A stretch of 64,000 bases of DNA from Octopus vulgaris (GCA_951406725.2 OX597840.1:12152001-12216000), one strand, 5' to 3'; positions 1 through 12,350 are shown, counted from the stretch's first letter. Notes: generated from the letters alone by a model not told the origin. Translations and numbers: made by a program.

Positions 1-246
1 GGCAAATATATTAACAGTGTACATTTGTTTGTTTGTTTAACATTATATTCACGAATTAAAGTTAATCAGTGGCAAAGGATCGAAACAAAAGCCCTTCTTT
101 TGGCGTCGATTCATAAACGGGTGCAACGGACAGCGATAAGGGGGTGGAGACGGACTTCCGGTTGACCATGCGCATGACGACTTCCGGGAACAAAAACAAA
201 CACCGGTTGTCAAGCAGTGCTTGGTAACCAACACAAACATTCACGG
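1..246 (-). promoter_or_regulatory. ZNF promoter module pointing out of the window (left arm of palindrome)
   Basis: Reverse complement of 509-754; CCGGAAGT at 154-161 and 180-187 (minus strand), CATGCGCATG at 167-176; CpG-rich. Confidence 0.65.
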
Positions 247-449
247 CCATGCTGGAGTCTTTTATTTGTTACAGTCATTTGACTGCGGCCATGCTGGAGT
301 ACTGCCTTTAGTCGAACGAATCGACCCAAGGACTTATTGTTTGTAAGCCCAGAGGTTCTTTTATCGGTCAATTTTTTCGAACCATCAAGTAAACACACCA
401 ACATCGGTTGTCAAGCGATGGTGAGGGACAGACACAAACACACAAGTAT

Positions 450-497
<48 letters not shown>

Positions 498-508
498 ATG
501 TTTCGTTT

Positions 509-878
509 CCGTGAATGTTTGTGTTGGTTACCAAGCACTGCTTGACAACCGGTGTTTGTTTGCGTTCCCGGAAGTCGTAGTGCGCATGGTCAACCGGAAG
601 TCAGTATCCACACCCTCATCGCTGTCCGTTGCACCCGTTTATGAATCGACGCCAAAAGAAGGGCTTTTGTTTCGATCCTTTGCCACTGATTAACTTTAAT
701 TCGTGAATATAATGTCAAACAAACAAACAAATGTACACTGTTAATATATTTGCCAATAGTAAGAAACTGGAGAGAGAAAGAGAGCCGAGCAGCGGACGGT
801 GTTTGGAGAAGCTGTGTGCCGTTGTCTTAGTCACGCCTTCTGGAAGAAATATACAGTGAGCTTCAAGTGATGGTAATG
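509..878 (+). promoter_or_regulatory. Putative promoter and non-coding exon 1 of A1
   Basis: CCGGAAGT (ETS-like) at 568 and 594 flanking TGCGCATG (NRF1-like); CpG-rich in an AT-rich background; candidate donor G|GTAATG at 873; one module upstream of each A gene. Confidence 0.65.
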
Positions 879-941
879 TAGGAATTGTTTTTACCTACCT
901 TATCACATAATGTTTCCGTATCTATAATTTGAATACATCTA

Positions 942-1643
942 CAGGGTGCTACGGGTAAGCTGTCGCAATTTTATGGTTTTTTATTTCGCTGATGGGCCTT
1001 GTTTTTGATTTTGTCTTCTCCACAATATGATAGGGGTCAGTTGGTCACCGTCTGTGTGGAAGAACAGGACCATGACGCAGTTGACTCTCCTAGAATTCTG
1101 GAAACGAAATGCTGTACCGGTTGGCGGCGACCTTTCGTTTTGACTCGAAAATATGTAAACAGTGAATTCGGTGATGTCCGTGACCACATATTGTCTTGTC
1201 AACTGTCAGTTACGAAGAGGAAGCTAATGGGTTGTGCGGGCATGGTTGTTCCTCTGTGTGTGTGTGTGTGTGTGTGCTTGTTCCTGTGTGTGTGTGTGGA
1301 CACTTAACTCCCCACACTGCAACCCCCTTGATTATTTTGTGTTGGGCACAGTTGAGTAAGAGACCGACAAAACTCCTTGTAACAATCAAAGATGAACTGA
1401 AGGCAACGATTTTGGCAGCATTCACCAACTTAAAGAAGGAGACAGTCCAGAAGAATTGCAGGGGATTCTGAAGTCATCTGGATTCCGTGGTGAAAGCCAC
1501 TGGCGATTTCATTGAATAATTTACTCTTTAGTATTTCAAGACATGTTTATGTAATTTTGGTAAATATATGTTAAAATGAGATGTCAGTGTTATTTTCATT
1601 TTTGTGTAATTTAGATGGCATTTTATTCACTGCACCCTCCCTG
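942..1643 (+). mobile_element. Tc1/mariner-superfamily deletion derivative (copies at 7397-8034 and, truncated, 13829-14130)
   Basis: TA|CAGGGTGC ... GCACCCTG|TA termini; SPHCNPLDYFV and KDELKATILAAF transposase C-terminal remnants. Confidence 0.75.
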
Positions 1644-2019
1644 TATATCGCTGTATCGACTGCAGCATTGGATGTTGTTATACACCGCTTGTTACAATGC
1701 GCTTTCTTCCACTGTTGTAGCTTTCGAATTATGCCACCCACCCTGTTGTCTGGGCAGGTGGGCAAGTTAGCATTCCCTCTGAACAGAAAGCTATTTTGTT
1801 GCTGGTTTATCCATTTTCAGATGAGTGAACTGGAGCAAAGTGAAAAGAAGTCTTTTGCTCATGAGCATTACACATCACCTGAACTATTGTCAAGTGGGAG
1901 ACAAATGGAAACACACATTTTATGTGGTTAAGTTTACAGGCTGCAACCATGCTGAGTCACCACCAGTATCATCACCTATTCAGTGAAAGGGTGAGTTTGA
2001 TATTGCAGCCCTTGTTTGT

Positions 2020-2300
2020 ATTGTATGTCATGATGTCAGTTCATCTGGGATCTTGGACTGCAGAAGTTCCAGGTGTTTCCCTAAAATATCTGCTGCTGCT
2101 ACTTCATGTAGATCTATAAGGTTTTTCTTGGCAAGATTTTTAATAACTTCGAATCCCGAGATATTGCTCTATCTGGTCCTTATTCTTCACAGGATGGGTG
2201 GGACCTTTGGAACTATGCAATGATGTCCTGTTTTGAGGATTGTATAACTCTTGATGCCAAAGTTTAGTGCCAGCCCTTCTAGGATTTTCCATACGTATTT
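2020..2300 (-). mobile_element. Old CR1-group LINE 3' ORF2 fragment in the intron of all five A genes (also ~8410-8700, 14750-15020, 25800-26110, 37640-37945)
   Basis: Best copy translates WKILEGLALNFGIK...SRIRTRY...GPQLLNILP...KIPDE. Confidence 0.65.
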
Positions 2301-3103
2301 TCCCACATTCCCATCTTTGCTCTACACACACACTGATATATGTATATGTATATATATATATCATCATCGTCATTTAACGTCCGCTTTCCATGCCGGCATG
2401 GGTTGGACGGTTCAACTGGGGTCTGGGGAGCCCGAAGGCTGCACCAGGCCAGTCAGATCTGGCAGTGTTTCTACAGCTGGATGCCCTTCCTAACGCCAAC
2501 CACTCCGAGAGTGTAGTGGGTGATTTTATGTGCCACCGACACAGGTGCCAATGCACACACACAGCTATTTGACACACTTCTTTAATTTTCCATCTATTAA
2601 ATCCACACACATGGCTTTGATTAGGTCAGTAAGGTCACATTCCAATGACTGAAACCTAGAATTCTCACTGTTTTTATCTCATCTTCTTAAGTATGCTATA
2701 TATCTTATTCCGTTTCTCTTTTTATTTCAGAACCTCAGATGACATTGACAGAGAGAATATTTCACTTTGGTATCCTGGAAGATAGTATTCAGAACAGATA
2801 GAACGGATGCATGGATTTACATAAATCTTTGAGGAATTCTATTGAAATTTCTTTTGTAAACAAATTTCTCAAACATCACTGTTTGGAATGAGTGCAAGAT
2901 TTTTGGATTCCAATTAAAGTTGAATGAATTTGCATCGACTTTAGATATCAACAAAGATCACTGCAGATGGAAATATAGGTGTTAAAACATTTGTGATTAA
3001 ACTATAAATACATCTATATATATATCTATAGTTTTGATAGAGGAGAAATTATTTAAAAATCTATTTGAGAAAGTGAAAGGACGGAGTTTAGTTTCCTCAA
3101 GAG

Positions 3104-3763
3104 ATGGCAGAAGGGACAGGGAAATCAACAGACAGTAGTGATATCTGTGAAAAGTCATCCTCTCAAAAATGTAACATCTTGACTCCCAAACGAATTCCCA
3201 AAGAAGCAAAGCTACATCGCTGTGTTAGTTGCGGTAAAACTTTCTCTGAAAATAGCTACTTAGTTACACACATACGTGTACATACAGGTGAGAAACCATA
3301 TCACTGTGATGTCTGTGGTAGATCATTCTCTGAAGGAAGTCACTTGACAACTCACAAACGTACACATACAGGAGAAAAACCATATCTTTGTGATATTTGT
3401 GGCAAAACGTTCTATCAAAAATGTCACTTGACCGAACACAAGCACTTTCATACAGGAGAGAAGCAATTTCAATGTGATGTCTGTGATAAATCATTTTTTC
3501 AAAAGAGTCACTTAACAGCACATAAGAACATCCATACAGGAGAGAAGCCATATCACTGTGATGTCTGTGGTAAATCTTTCTCAGAAGGAAGTACCTTAAC
3601 TAAACATAAACGTAGCCATTCAGGAATCAAACCTTTTAAATGTGATATCTGTGGTAAATCATTCTCTCGGAAAAGTAGCTTAAACGGTCACAAACTCATT
3701 CATACAGGAGACAATCCATATGATTGTGACACCTGTTGCAAATCATTATCTATTGTAACTTGA
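3104..3763 (+). CDS. C2H2 zinc-finger protein A1 (219 aa; 6 intact fingers, decayed N-terminal finger, frameshift-truncated 7th finger)
   Basis: Six CxxC-x12-HxxxH repeats with TGEKPY-type linkers; polypyrimidine-AG acceptor ending at 2730; AATAAA at 4068 and 4091. Confidence 0.9.
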   Translation: MAEGTGKSTDSSDICEKSSSQKCNILTPKRIPKEAKLHRCVSCGKTFSENSYLVTHIRVHTGEKPYHCDVCGRSFSEGSHLTTHKRTHTGEKPYLCDICGKTFYQKCHLTEHKHFHTGEKQFQCDVCDKSFFQKSHLTAHKNIHTGEKPYHCDVCGKSFSEGSTLTKHKRSHSGIKPFKCDICGKSFSRKSSLNGHKLIHTGDNPYDCDTCCKSLSIVT

Positions 3764-3960
3764 CTGGACACAGGTGTATTCATCAATACTTAATGAATCA
3801 TATTTTGAAGGGAAGTACCTTGAAAAATCCACATGTAGACTCAGAGAGAAGAGAATATCATGAATGTAACCCTATCCATGGTAAAGTATTCTCTCAAAGC
3901 AGCCACTTAGCTACACCTGTATATATTTATACAGAAGATTAACCATATAATGTCAAAATT
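3764..3960 (+). pseudogene. Vestigial fingers in the A-family 3' UTR (also after A2, A3, A4, A5)
   Basis: Alternative frame reads [10 protein letters not shown] ... EYHECNPIHGKVFSQSSHLATPVYI(H/Y)TED.PY. Confidence 0.75.
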
Positions 3961-5169
3961 CTTTCCGTAAATCTCATGTTATATAACCATCGGTGTATTT
4001 GTTTGACAAAGAAGATATAGCAATCTTCAGACACTTTGTATAAACATATCTATGTCCACTTTAATGCAATAAATTATAACTGATATTTTTAATAAATCAT
4101 TCTTTCAGAATTTTCATATATATTCCTTCTAATGTATAGTCTGTGTGGTTGTGAAGCTTGCCTGCTAACCATGTGGTCTCAAGTTCAGTTCTACTGCACA
4201 GCACTTTGGGCTGACCAAAGTCTTGTGAGTGGATTTGGTAGACGGAAACTGGAAGAAGCTCGTCATATGTGAATGTGTGTGTGTTTGTGTGTACCGTCAC
4301 ACAAGCAGTGTTATTTACTTCCAAATGTCTGGTCATGAGGAAATATTATCTTACTTGGGAACAAGTGAGGGATGACAACAAGAAAGTCATAGTGCTGTAG
4401 AAAATCTTCATCGAAACCCCATCTCATCCTGCAAAGTCTATACTTTGCAGGATCAGGTGGATGTCAAAATGATGAACACACATGATTCCGTGTAATATAT
4501 TTTCAGAAGGGAAATTTTATTGCAGGTAAAAAGCTGAGAAATGTATTGCCACTGAAAAATGAGAACATCACTTTTTTAAAATGTAGTTTCCCCATCTGTA
4601 AGCATCAGGTGGTTATTTTGAGTCTAATGTTAAGAGTGTGTGTCCATATCCTCATGTGAGATGTACCCAAATTTCTAGAAGAGTGAGTTGAATTGCATAA
4701 AATCTAGAGGTTTCAGAGGAAAACTAACTTCAGATCTGAATTCAGCTTGCTCCATTAACGCATCTATATATTCCGTCTGTGTGGTTGTGAAGCTTGGTTG
4801 CTAACCATGGGGTCTCAAGATCAGTCACACTGCACAGCACTTTGGGCAAGGGGTTTCTTTTCTGGCCTGAGGCTTACCAAAGCCTTGAGTAAATTTGGTA
4901 GGTGGAAACTGCTATTAACACAACAAAAACATTGTTTCCTTGTGATAATCAGTTGAGATTAACTTAAAAACGAAAATAATGCACTGCTAACACTGAAGTA
5001 GGACACGATACGGACTTACAAACCCTCAATATTCTTAATAGTAAATTACGATTGCAAATCGAAATACGATATACCTACCAGCTATAGATATGTGTATGTA
5101 GGGGCAGTGTGGTCAGGAGCTTCCTTCCATGCATGTGTCAGGTTATTTGCTGTCTGGATTTTGTAAGAG

Positions 5170-6225
5170 TCGGATGTAGTTTTTTGTGTTGCTTAGAAGA
5201 TGTACTCAGACGTTGACGGGTCTGAGTTGTCAGAGGAGGAGCTGGTAAGGGCAGTCATAAAGATGGATGGCTTGTTGAAGACAAGGAGTTTTGCAGAAGC
5301 CACGGAGGTGAAGCGAAGGGAGCTGGACTTGGCTGGTCTGAAGGAGTATGAGAAGATGGCTCAGAAGGTGGGTGGCGACGTTAAGTTGTTGCTCCCCAAA
5401 GGAATTATGGGGAGGATGGAGAAGAAAATGAACACCCATAAGGTGTCCTCGAAAGGAAAAAAGGTGCTGAATGAACGGTCAAAGGAGACAATGTACATAA
5501 CGAAAAGAAGAACATATGGGACAATGGTCATCTAATTTAGTACAGTAGAAGAGGCGAGTACTTTGGAAGAAAGACTTCCAAGGTGAGGGTAGGAGCAATT
5601 CCATCGAATATAGAAGTGGCTTGGATAACAGAAGCTGTCCTAGTTGGAAGCGAGAAGGTGGCTGTCCTCCAAGCCACAAAAGCAGAAGGAAAGTGGAAAG
5701 GAAAGACATTGAACTCATTATTCAGATGGAAGAGGGTCACCTGGAGAACTTGGCAGAGATGGTGACGTTGGAGGAAATCGTGCTGAGGGCGTGGGTAGAG
5801 GGCAGAGTACCACGTTGTTTTAAATGTGGCCAAAAGGGTCACATTAGAGGATACAGTTGTGGAGACGGAAGAGAAAAGAGAGGAAGAATGGAAAGTTACA
5901 GAGAGCAGGAGGAGAAAGAGAAAAACAGAAAAAGCACTGAGTAAGATGCACCCTAGTCCATTCCATCCCACCCAAGACAACTCAGACCCCCACTACCCAT
6001 ATTGACACCAAATCCACCCACCCCATTTCCCACCACAAGAAAAAAAAAAGAACAGACACCACAAAATCTAGAAGACCCCACCCGCCGTCGGTGAAAATGG
6101 TTACGAATGCATAGTGGAGAGAATGATGTCACTAAGTGATGGAGAAAGGGGAAAAAGGAATTAGGACCCAGAGGCGGCGAGTGGTGTTACTCAGTGTGGG
6201 GTGAGGAGCAGACCCTTCATAATAT
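5170..6225 (+). mobile_element. Decayed retroelement gag/ORF1-like sequence (copy 1; zinc knuckle broken by a deletion)
   Basis: Purine-rich frameshifted ORFs; PRCFKCGQKGHIR. Confidence 0.6.
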
Positions 6226-6539
6226 CATTTTCAGATATTCATTGATGTTATCCTATTTTAATTTGTTTTTCATGTGTCATTCATTATATCATATTTTATA
6301 TTTATATTCTTAATTGTTATATGTTCCCACATGTGTTGTAGTGTCCCCCTCTGTGTAATGCCTTTAGGGCAATTTGAAAGAGATAAAGAAGCTTGCCTCC
6401 CAACTACATGGTTCTGGGTTGAGTTCATCTGAGTGCACCTTGGGCAAATGTCTTTTTTAGTCTCGGGTCGACAAAGCCTTGTGAGTGGATTTAGTAGACG
6501 CAAACTGAAAGAAGCATGCCGTATGTATGTATAGCGTAT

Positions 6540-6745
6540 GAGTAGCCATGCTTACATGTTTACTATCAACTTTTCATCTTAATTTATATTAGTAGCGGAA
6601 TTATAACACAGTAATTTCCCTTCATATAACGGTATTTTTTCATGGCGTTTTTCAGATGGCCAGATAACCGAAGAGATGGTGTTGTGGATTTCCACTTCGG
6701 CATCCGAAACTCAGAGTTTTATCTTGACTATTGAATAATTGTAAC
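6540..6745 (+). mobile_element. Penelope-like terminal fragment (related copy 43625-43870-; similar-class fragments ~12905-13075, 15105-15300, 33190-33560, 35525-35790)
   Basis: ccgaagag...ccgaaac motif, inverted short termini, insertion in (TA)n; class assigned by pattern only. Confidence 0.4.
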
Positions 6746-6805
<60 letters not shown>

Positions 6806-6969
6806 GTATATACTTGTGTGTTTGTGTCTGTCCCTCACCATCGCTTGACAACCGATGTTGGTGTGTTTACTTGATGGTTCGAAAAAATTGACCGATAAAA
6901 GAACCTCTGGGCTTACAAACAATAAGTCCTAGGGTCGATTCGTTCGACTAAAGAGGGTACTCCAGCATG

Positions 6970-7335
6970 GCCGTGAACGTTTGTGTTGGTTACCAAGCAC
7001 TGCTTGACAACTGGTGTTTGTTTGCGTTCCCGGAAGTCGTCATGCGCATGGTCAACCGGAAGTCCGTCTCCACCCCTTATCGCTGTCCGTTGCACCCGTT
7101 TATGAATCGACGCCAAAAGAAGGGCTTCTGTTTCGATCCTTTGCCACTGATTAACTTTAATTCGTGAATATAATGTTAAAGAAAGAAACAAATGTACACT
7201 GTTAATATATTTGCCAATAGTAAGAAACTGGAGAGAGAAAGAGAGCCGAGCAGCGGACGGTGTTTGGAGAAGCTGTGGGCCGTTGTCTTAGTCACGCCTT
7301 CTGGAAGAAATATATCAGTGAGTGATGGTAATGTA
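6970..7335 (+). promoter_or_regulatory. Putative promoter/exon 1 of A2
   Basis: CCGGAAGT at 7030 and 7056, CATGCGCATG at 7041. Confidence 0.65.
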
Positions 7336-8729
7336 GTAATTGTTTTTACCTACCTTATCACATAATGTGTCCGTATCTATAATTTGAATACATCTACAGG
7401 GTGCTACGGGTAAACTGTCGCAATTTTATGTTTTTTTTTTATTTCGCTGATGCTCCTTGTTTTTGATTTTGTCTTCTCCACAATATGATAGGGGTCAGTT
7501 GGTCACCGTTTGGAAACGACATGCAGTACCGGTTATCGGCGACCTTTCGTTTTGACTCGAAAATATGTAAACAATGAATTCGGTGGTGTCCGTGACCACA
7601 TATTGTCTTGTCAATTCTCAGTTGCGAAGAGGAAGCTAATGGGTTGTGCGGGCATGCTTGTTCCTCTGAGTTTGTGTGGACACAGCATCTGGACACTTGA
7701 CTCCCCACACTGCAACACCCATAATTATTTTGTGTTGGGCACAGTTGAGTAAGAGACCGACAAAACTCCTTGTAACAAGCAAAGATGAACTGAAGGCAAC
7801 GATTTTGGCAGCATTTACCAACTTAAAGAAGGAGACAGTCCAGAAGAATTGCAGGGGATTCTGAAGTCATCTGGATTCCGTGGTGAAAGCCACTGGCGAT
7901 TTCATTGAATAATTTACTCTTTAGTATTTCAAGACATGTTTATGTAATTTTGGTAAATATATCTGTTAAAATGAGATGTCAGTGTTATTTTTATTTTTGT
8001 GTAATTTAGATGGCATTTTATTCACTGCACCCTGTATTTCGCTGTATCGACTGCAGCATTGGATGTTGTTATACACCGCTTGTTACACTGCGCTTTCTTC
8101 CACTGTTGTAGCTTTCGAATTATGCCACCACCCTGTTGTCTGGGCAGGTGGGCAAGTTAGCATTCCCTCTGAACAGAAAGCTATTTTGTTGCTGGTTTAT
8201 CCATTTTCAGATGAGTGAACTGGAGCAAAGTGAAAAGAAGTCTTTTGCTCATGAGCATTACACATCACCTGAACTATTGTCAAGTGGGAGACAAATGGAA
8301 ACACACATTTTATGTGGTTAAGTTTACAGGCTGCAACCATGCTGAGTCACCACCAGTATCATCACCTATTCAGTGAAAGGGTGAGTTTGATATTGCAGCC
8401 CTTGTTTGTATTGTATGTCATGATGTCAGTTCATCTGGGATCTTGGACTGCAGAAGCTCAAGGTGTTTCCCTAAAATATCTGCTGCTGCAACATGTGGAT
8501 CTCTAAGATTTTTCTTGGCAAGATTTTTAATAACTGGGGTCTTCGAATCCCGAGATATTGCTCTATCTGGTCCTTATTCTTCACAGGATGGGTGGGACCT
8601 TTGGAACTATGCAATGATGTCCTGTTTTGAGGATTGTATAACTCTTGATGCCAAAGTTTAGTGCCAGCCCTTCTGGGATTTTCCATACGTATTTTCCCAC
8701 ATTCCCATCTTTGCTCTACACACACACTG

Positions 8730-8790
<61 letters not shown>

Positions 8791-9342
8791 CACACACACA
8801 GCTATTTGACACACTTCTTTAATTTTCCATCTATTAAATCCACTCACATGGCTTTGATTAGGTCAGCATGGCCACATTCCAATGACTGAAACCTAGAATT
8901 CTCACTGTTTTTATCTCATCTTCTTAAGTATGCTATATATCTTATTCCGTTTCTCTTTTATTTCAGAACGTCAGATGACATTGACAGAGAGAATATTTCA
9001 CTTTGGTATCCTGGAAGATAGTATTCAGAACAGACAGAACGGATGCATGGATTTACATAAATCTCTGAGGAATTCTATTGAAATTTCTTTTGTAAAAAAA
9101 ATTTTTCAAACATCACTGTTTGGAATGTGTGCAAGATTTTTGGATTCCTATTAAAGTTGAATGAATTTGCATCGTCATTAGATATCAACAAAGATCACTG
9201 CTGTTGGAAATATAGGTGTTAAAATATTTGTGTTTAAACTATAAATACAACTATATATATATATCTATATTTTTGATAGAGGAGAAATTATTTAAAAATC
9301 TATTTGAGAAAGTGAAAGGACGGAGTTTAGTTTCCTCAAGAG

Positions 9343-10002
9343 ATGGCAGAAGGGACAGGGAAATCAACAGACAGTAGTGATATCTGTGAAAAGTCATCCT
9401 CTCAAAAACCTAACATCTTGACTCCCAGACGAACTCCCAAAGTAGCAAAGCCACATCGCTGTGATATTTGTGATAAAACCTTTTCTGAAAATAGCTACTT
9501 AGTTAGACACATACGTGTACATACAGGTGAGAAACCATATCACTGTGATATCTGTGGTAAATCATACTCTGAAAGAGGTCACTTGACAACTCACAATCGT
9601 ACACATACAGGAGAAAAACCATATCTTTGTGATATTTGTGGCAAAACGTTCTATCAAAAATGTAACTTAACCGAACACAAGTACATTCATACGGGAGAGA
9701 AACCATTTCACTGTGATGTCTGTGATAAATCATTCTCTCGTAAAAGCCACTTGACCACTCATAAGAACATTCATACAGGAAAAAAGCCATATCACTGTGA
9801 TGTCTGTGGTAAATCTTTCTCGGAAGGAAGTACCTTAACTAAGCATAAGCGTCGCCATTCAGGAATCAAACCTTTTAAATGTGATATCTGTGGTAAATCA
9901 TTCTCTCGGAAAAGTAGCTTAAACGGTCACAAACTCATTCATACAGGAGACAATCCATATGATTGTGACACCTGTTGCAAATCATTATCTATTGTAACTT
10001 GA
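9343..10002 (+). CDS. C2H2 zinc-finger protein A2 (219 aa, 6 fingers), tandem paralogue of A1
   Basis: Same architecture as A1; acceptor ending at 8966; flanks near-identical to unit 1. Confidence 0.9.
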   Translation: MAEGTGKSTDSSDICEKSSSQKPNILTPRRTPKVAKPHRCDICDKTFSENSYLVRHIRVHTGEKPYHCDICGKSYSERGHLTTHNRTHTGEKPYLCDICGKTFYQKCNLTEHKYIHTGEKPFHCDVCDKSFSRKSHLTTHKNIHTGKKPYHCDVCGKSFSEGSTLTKHKRRHSGIKPFKCDICGKSFSRKSSLNGHKLIHTGDNPYDCDTCCKSLSIVT

Positions 10003-11359
10003 CTGGACACAGGTGTATTCATCAATACTTGATGAATCATATTTTGAAGGGAAGTACCTTGAATAATCCACATGTAGACTCAGAGAGAAGAGAATATCAT
10101 GAATGTAACCCTATCCATGGTAAAGTATTCTCTCAAAGAAGCCACTTAGCTACACCTGTATATATTCATACAGAAGATTTACCATATAATGTCAAAAATC
10201 TTTCCATAAATCTCATGTTATATAACCATCTGTGTATTTGTTTGACAAAGAAGATATAGCAATCTTCAGACACTGTTTGTATAACCATATTTATGTCCAC
10301 TTTAATGCAATAAATTATAACTGATATTTTTAATAAATCATTCTTTCAGAATCTTCATATATATATTCCTTTCTAATGTATAGTCTGTGTGGTTGTGAAG
10401 CTTGCCTGCTAACCATGTGGTCTCAAGTTCAGTTCTACTGCACAGCACTTTGGGCTGACCAAAGTCTTGTGAGTGGATTTGGTAGACGGAAACTGGAAGA
10501 AGCTCGTCATATGTGAATGTGTGTGTGTTTGTGTGTACCATTTCTCGATATTACCCTCACACAAGCAGTATTATTTATTTCCAAATGTCTGGTCATGAGT
10601 ATATATTACCTTACTTGGGAACAAGTGAGGGATGACAACAAGAAAGTCATAGTGCTGTAGAAAATCTTCATTGAAACCCCATCTGATCCTGCAAAGTCTA
10701 TACTTTGCAGGATCAGATGGATGTCAAAATGATGAACACACATGATTCCGTGTAATATATTTTCAGAAGGGAAATTTTATTGCAGGTAAAAAGCTGAGAA
10801 ATGTATTGCCACTGAAAAATGAGAACATCACTTTTTTCAAATGTAGTTTCCCCATCTGTAAGCATCAGGTGGTTATTTTGAGTCTAATGTTAAGACTGTG
10901 TGTCCATATCCTCATGTGAGATGTACCCAAATATCTAGAAGAAAGAGTGAGTTGAATTGCATAAAATCTAGAGATTTCAGAGGAAAACTAACTTGAGATC
11001 TGAATTCAGCTTGCTCCATTAACGCACCTATATATTCCGTCTGTGTGGTTGTGAAGCTTGGTTGCTAACCATGGGGTCTCAAGATCAGTCACACTGCACA
11101 TCACTTTGGGCAAGGGGTTTCTTTTCTGGCCTGAGGCTTACCAAAACCTTGAGTGAATTTGGTAGCTGGAAACTTTGTTTCCCTGTGTTAATCAATATAC
11201 GATACGGACTTACAAACCCTCAATATTCTTAATAGTAAATTACGATTGCAAATCGAAATATGATATACCTACCAGCTATAAATATGTGTATGTAGGGGCA
11301 GTGTGGTTAGGAGCTTGCTTCCATGCATGTGTCAGGTTATCAGCTGTCTGGATTTTGTA

Positions 11360-12350
11360 AGAGTCGGATGTAGTTTTTTGTGTTTAGATGTACTCAGACG
11401 TTGACGGGTCTGAGTTGTCAGAGGAGGAGCTGGACTTGGCTGGTCTGAAGGAGTATGAGAAAATGGCTCAGAAGGTGGGTGGCGACGTTAAGTTGTTGCT
11501 CCCCAAAGGAATTATGGGGAGGATGGAGAAGAAAATGAACACCCATAAGGTGTCCTCGAAAGGAAAAAAGGTGCTGAATGAACGGTCAAAGGAGATAATG
11601 TACATAACGAAAAGAAGAACATATGGGACAATGGTCATCTAATTTAGTACAGTAGAAGAGGCAAGTACTTTGGAAGAAAGACTTCCAAGGTGAGGGTAGG
11701 AGCAATTCCATCGAATATAGAAGTGGCTTGGATAACAGAAGCTGTCCTAGTTGGAAGCGAGAAGGTGGCTGTCCTCCAAACCACAAAAGCAGAAGGAAAG
11801 ACATTGAATTCATTATTCAGATGGAAGAGGGTCACCTGGAGAACTTGGCAGAGATGGTGACGTTGGAGGAAATCGTGCTGAGGGCGTGGGTAGAGGGCAG
11901 AGTACCACGTTGTTTTAAATGTGGCCAAAAGGGTCACATTAGAGCATACTGCCCACTACAGAGGACAATGTTTGAGGATACAGTTGTGGAGACGGAAGAG
12001 AAAAGAGAGGAAGAATGGAAAGTTACAGAGAGCAGAGCGAGAAAGAGAAAAACAGAAAAAACACTGAGTAAGATGCACCCTAGTCCATTCCATCCCACCC
12101 AAGACAACTCAGACCCCCACTACCCATATTGACACCAAATCCCCCCACCCATTTCCCCCCACAAGAAAAAAAGAAATAACAGACACCACAAAATTTAGAA
12201 GACCCCACCCGCCACCGGCGAAAAAGGTTACGAATGCATAGTGGAGAGAATGATGTCATTACATGATGGAGAAAGGGGAAAAAGGACTTAGGACCCAGAG
12301 GCGGCGAGTGGTGTTACTCAGTGTGGGGTGAGGAGCACACCCTTCATAAT
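11360..12350 (+). mobile_element. Decayed retroelement gag/ORF1-like sequence (copy 2; intact CCHC knuckle), probably L1/Tx1-type ORF1
   Basis: VWVEGR-like segment followed by CFKCGQKGHIRAYC (CX2CX4HX4C), then WKVT...RKRK. Confidence 0.62.

Noticed and set aside
49-693. Recurrent 60-118 aa ORFs in the promoter module
   Set aside because: Recurrence reflects DNA duplication; frames shift between copies and one runs through (TA)n
3264-3551. Antisense ORFs opposite each ZNF (MIYHRHH/MVSLLY repeats; also 9503, 16048, 24801, 40468, 48942)
   Set aside because: Expected shadow of the periodic C2H2 codon pattern; no independent coding signal
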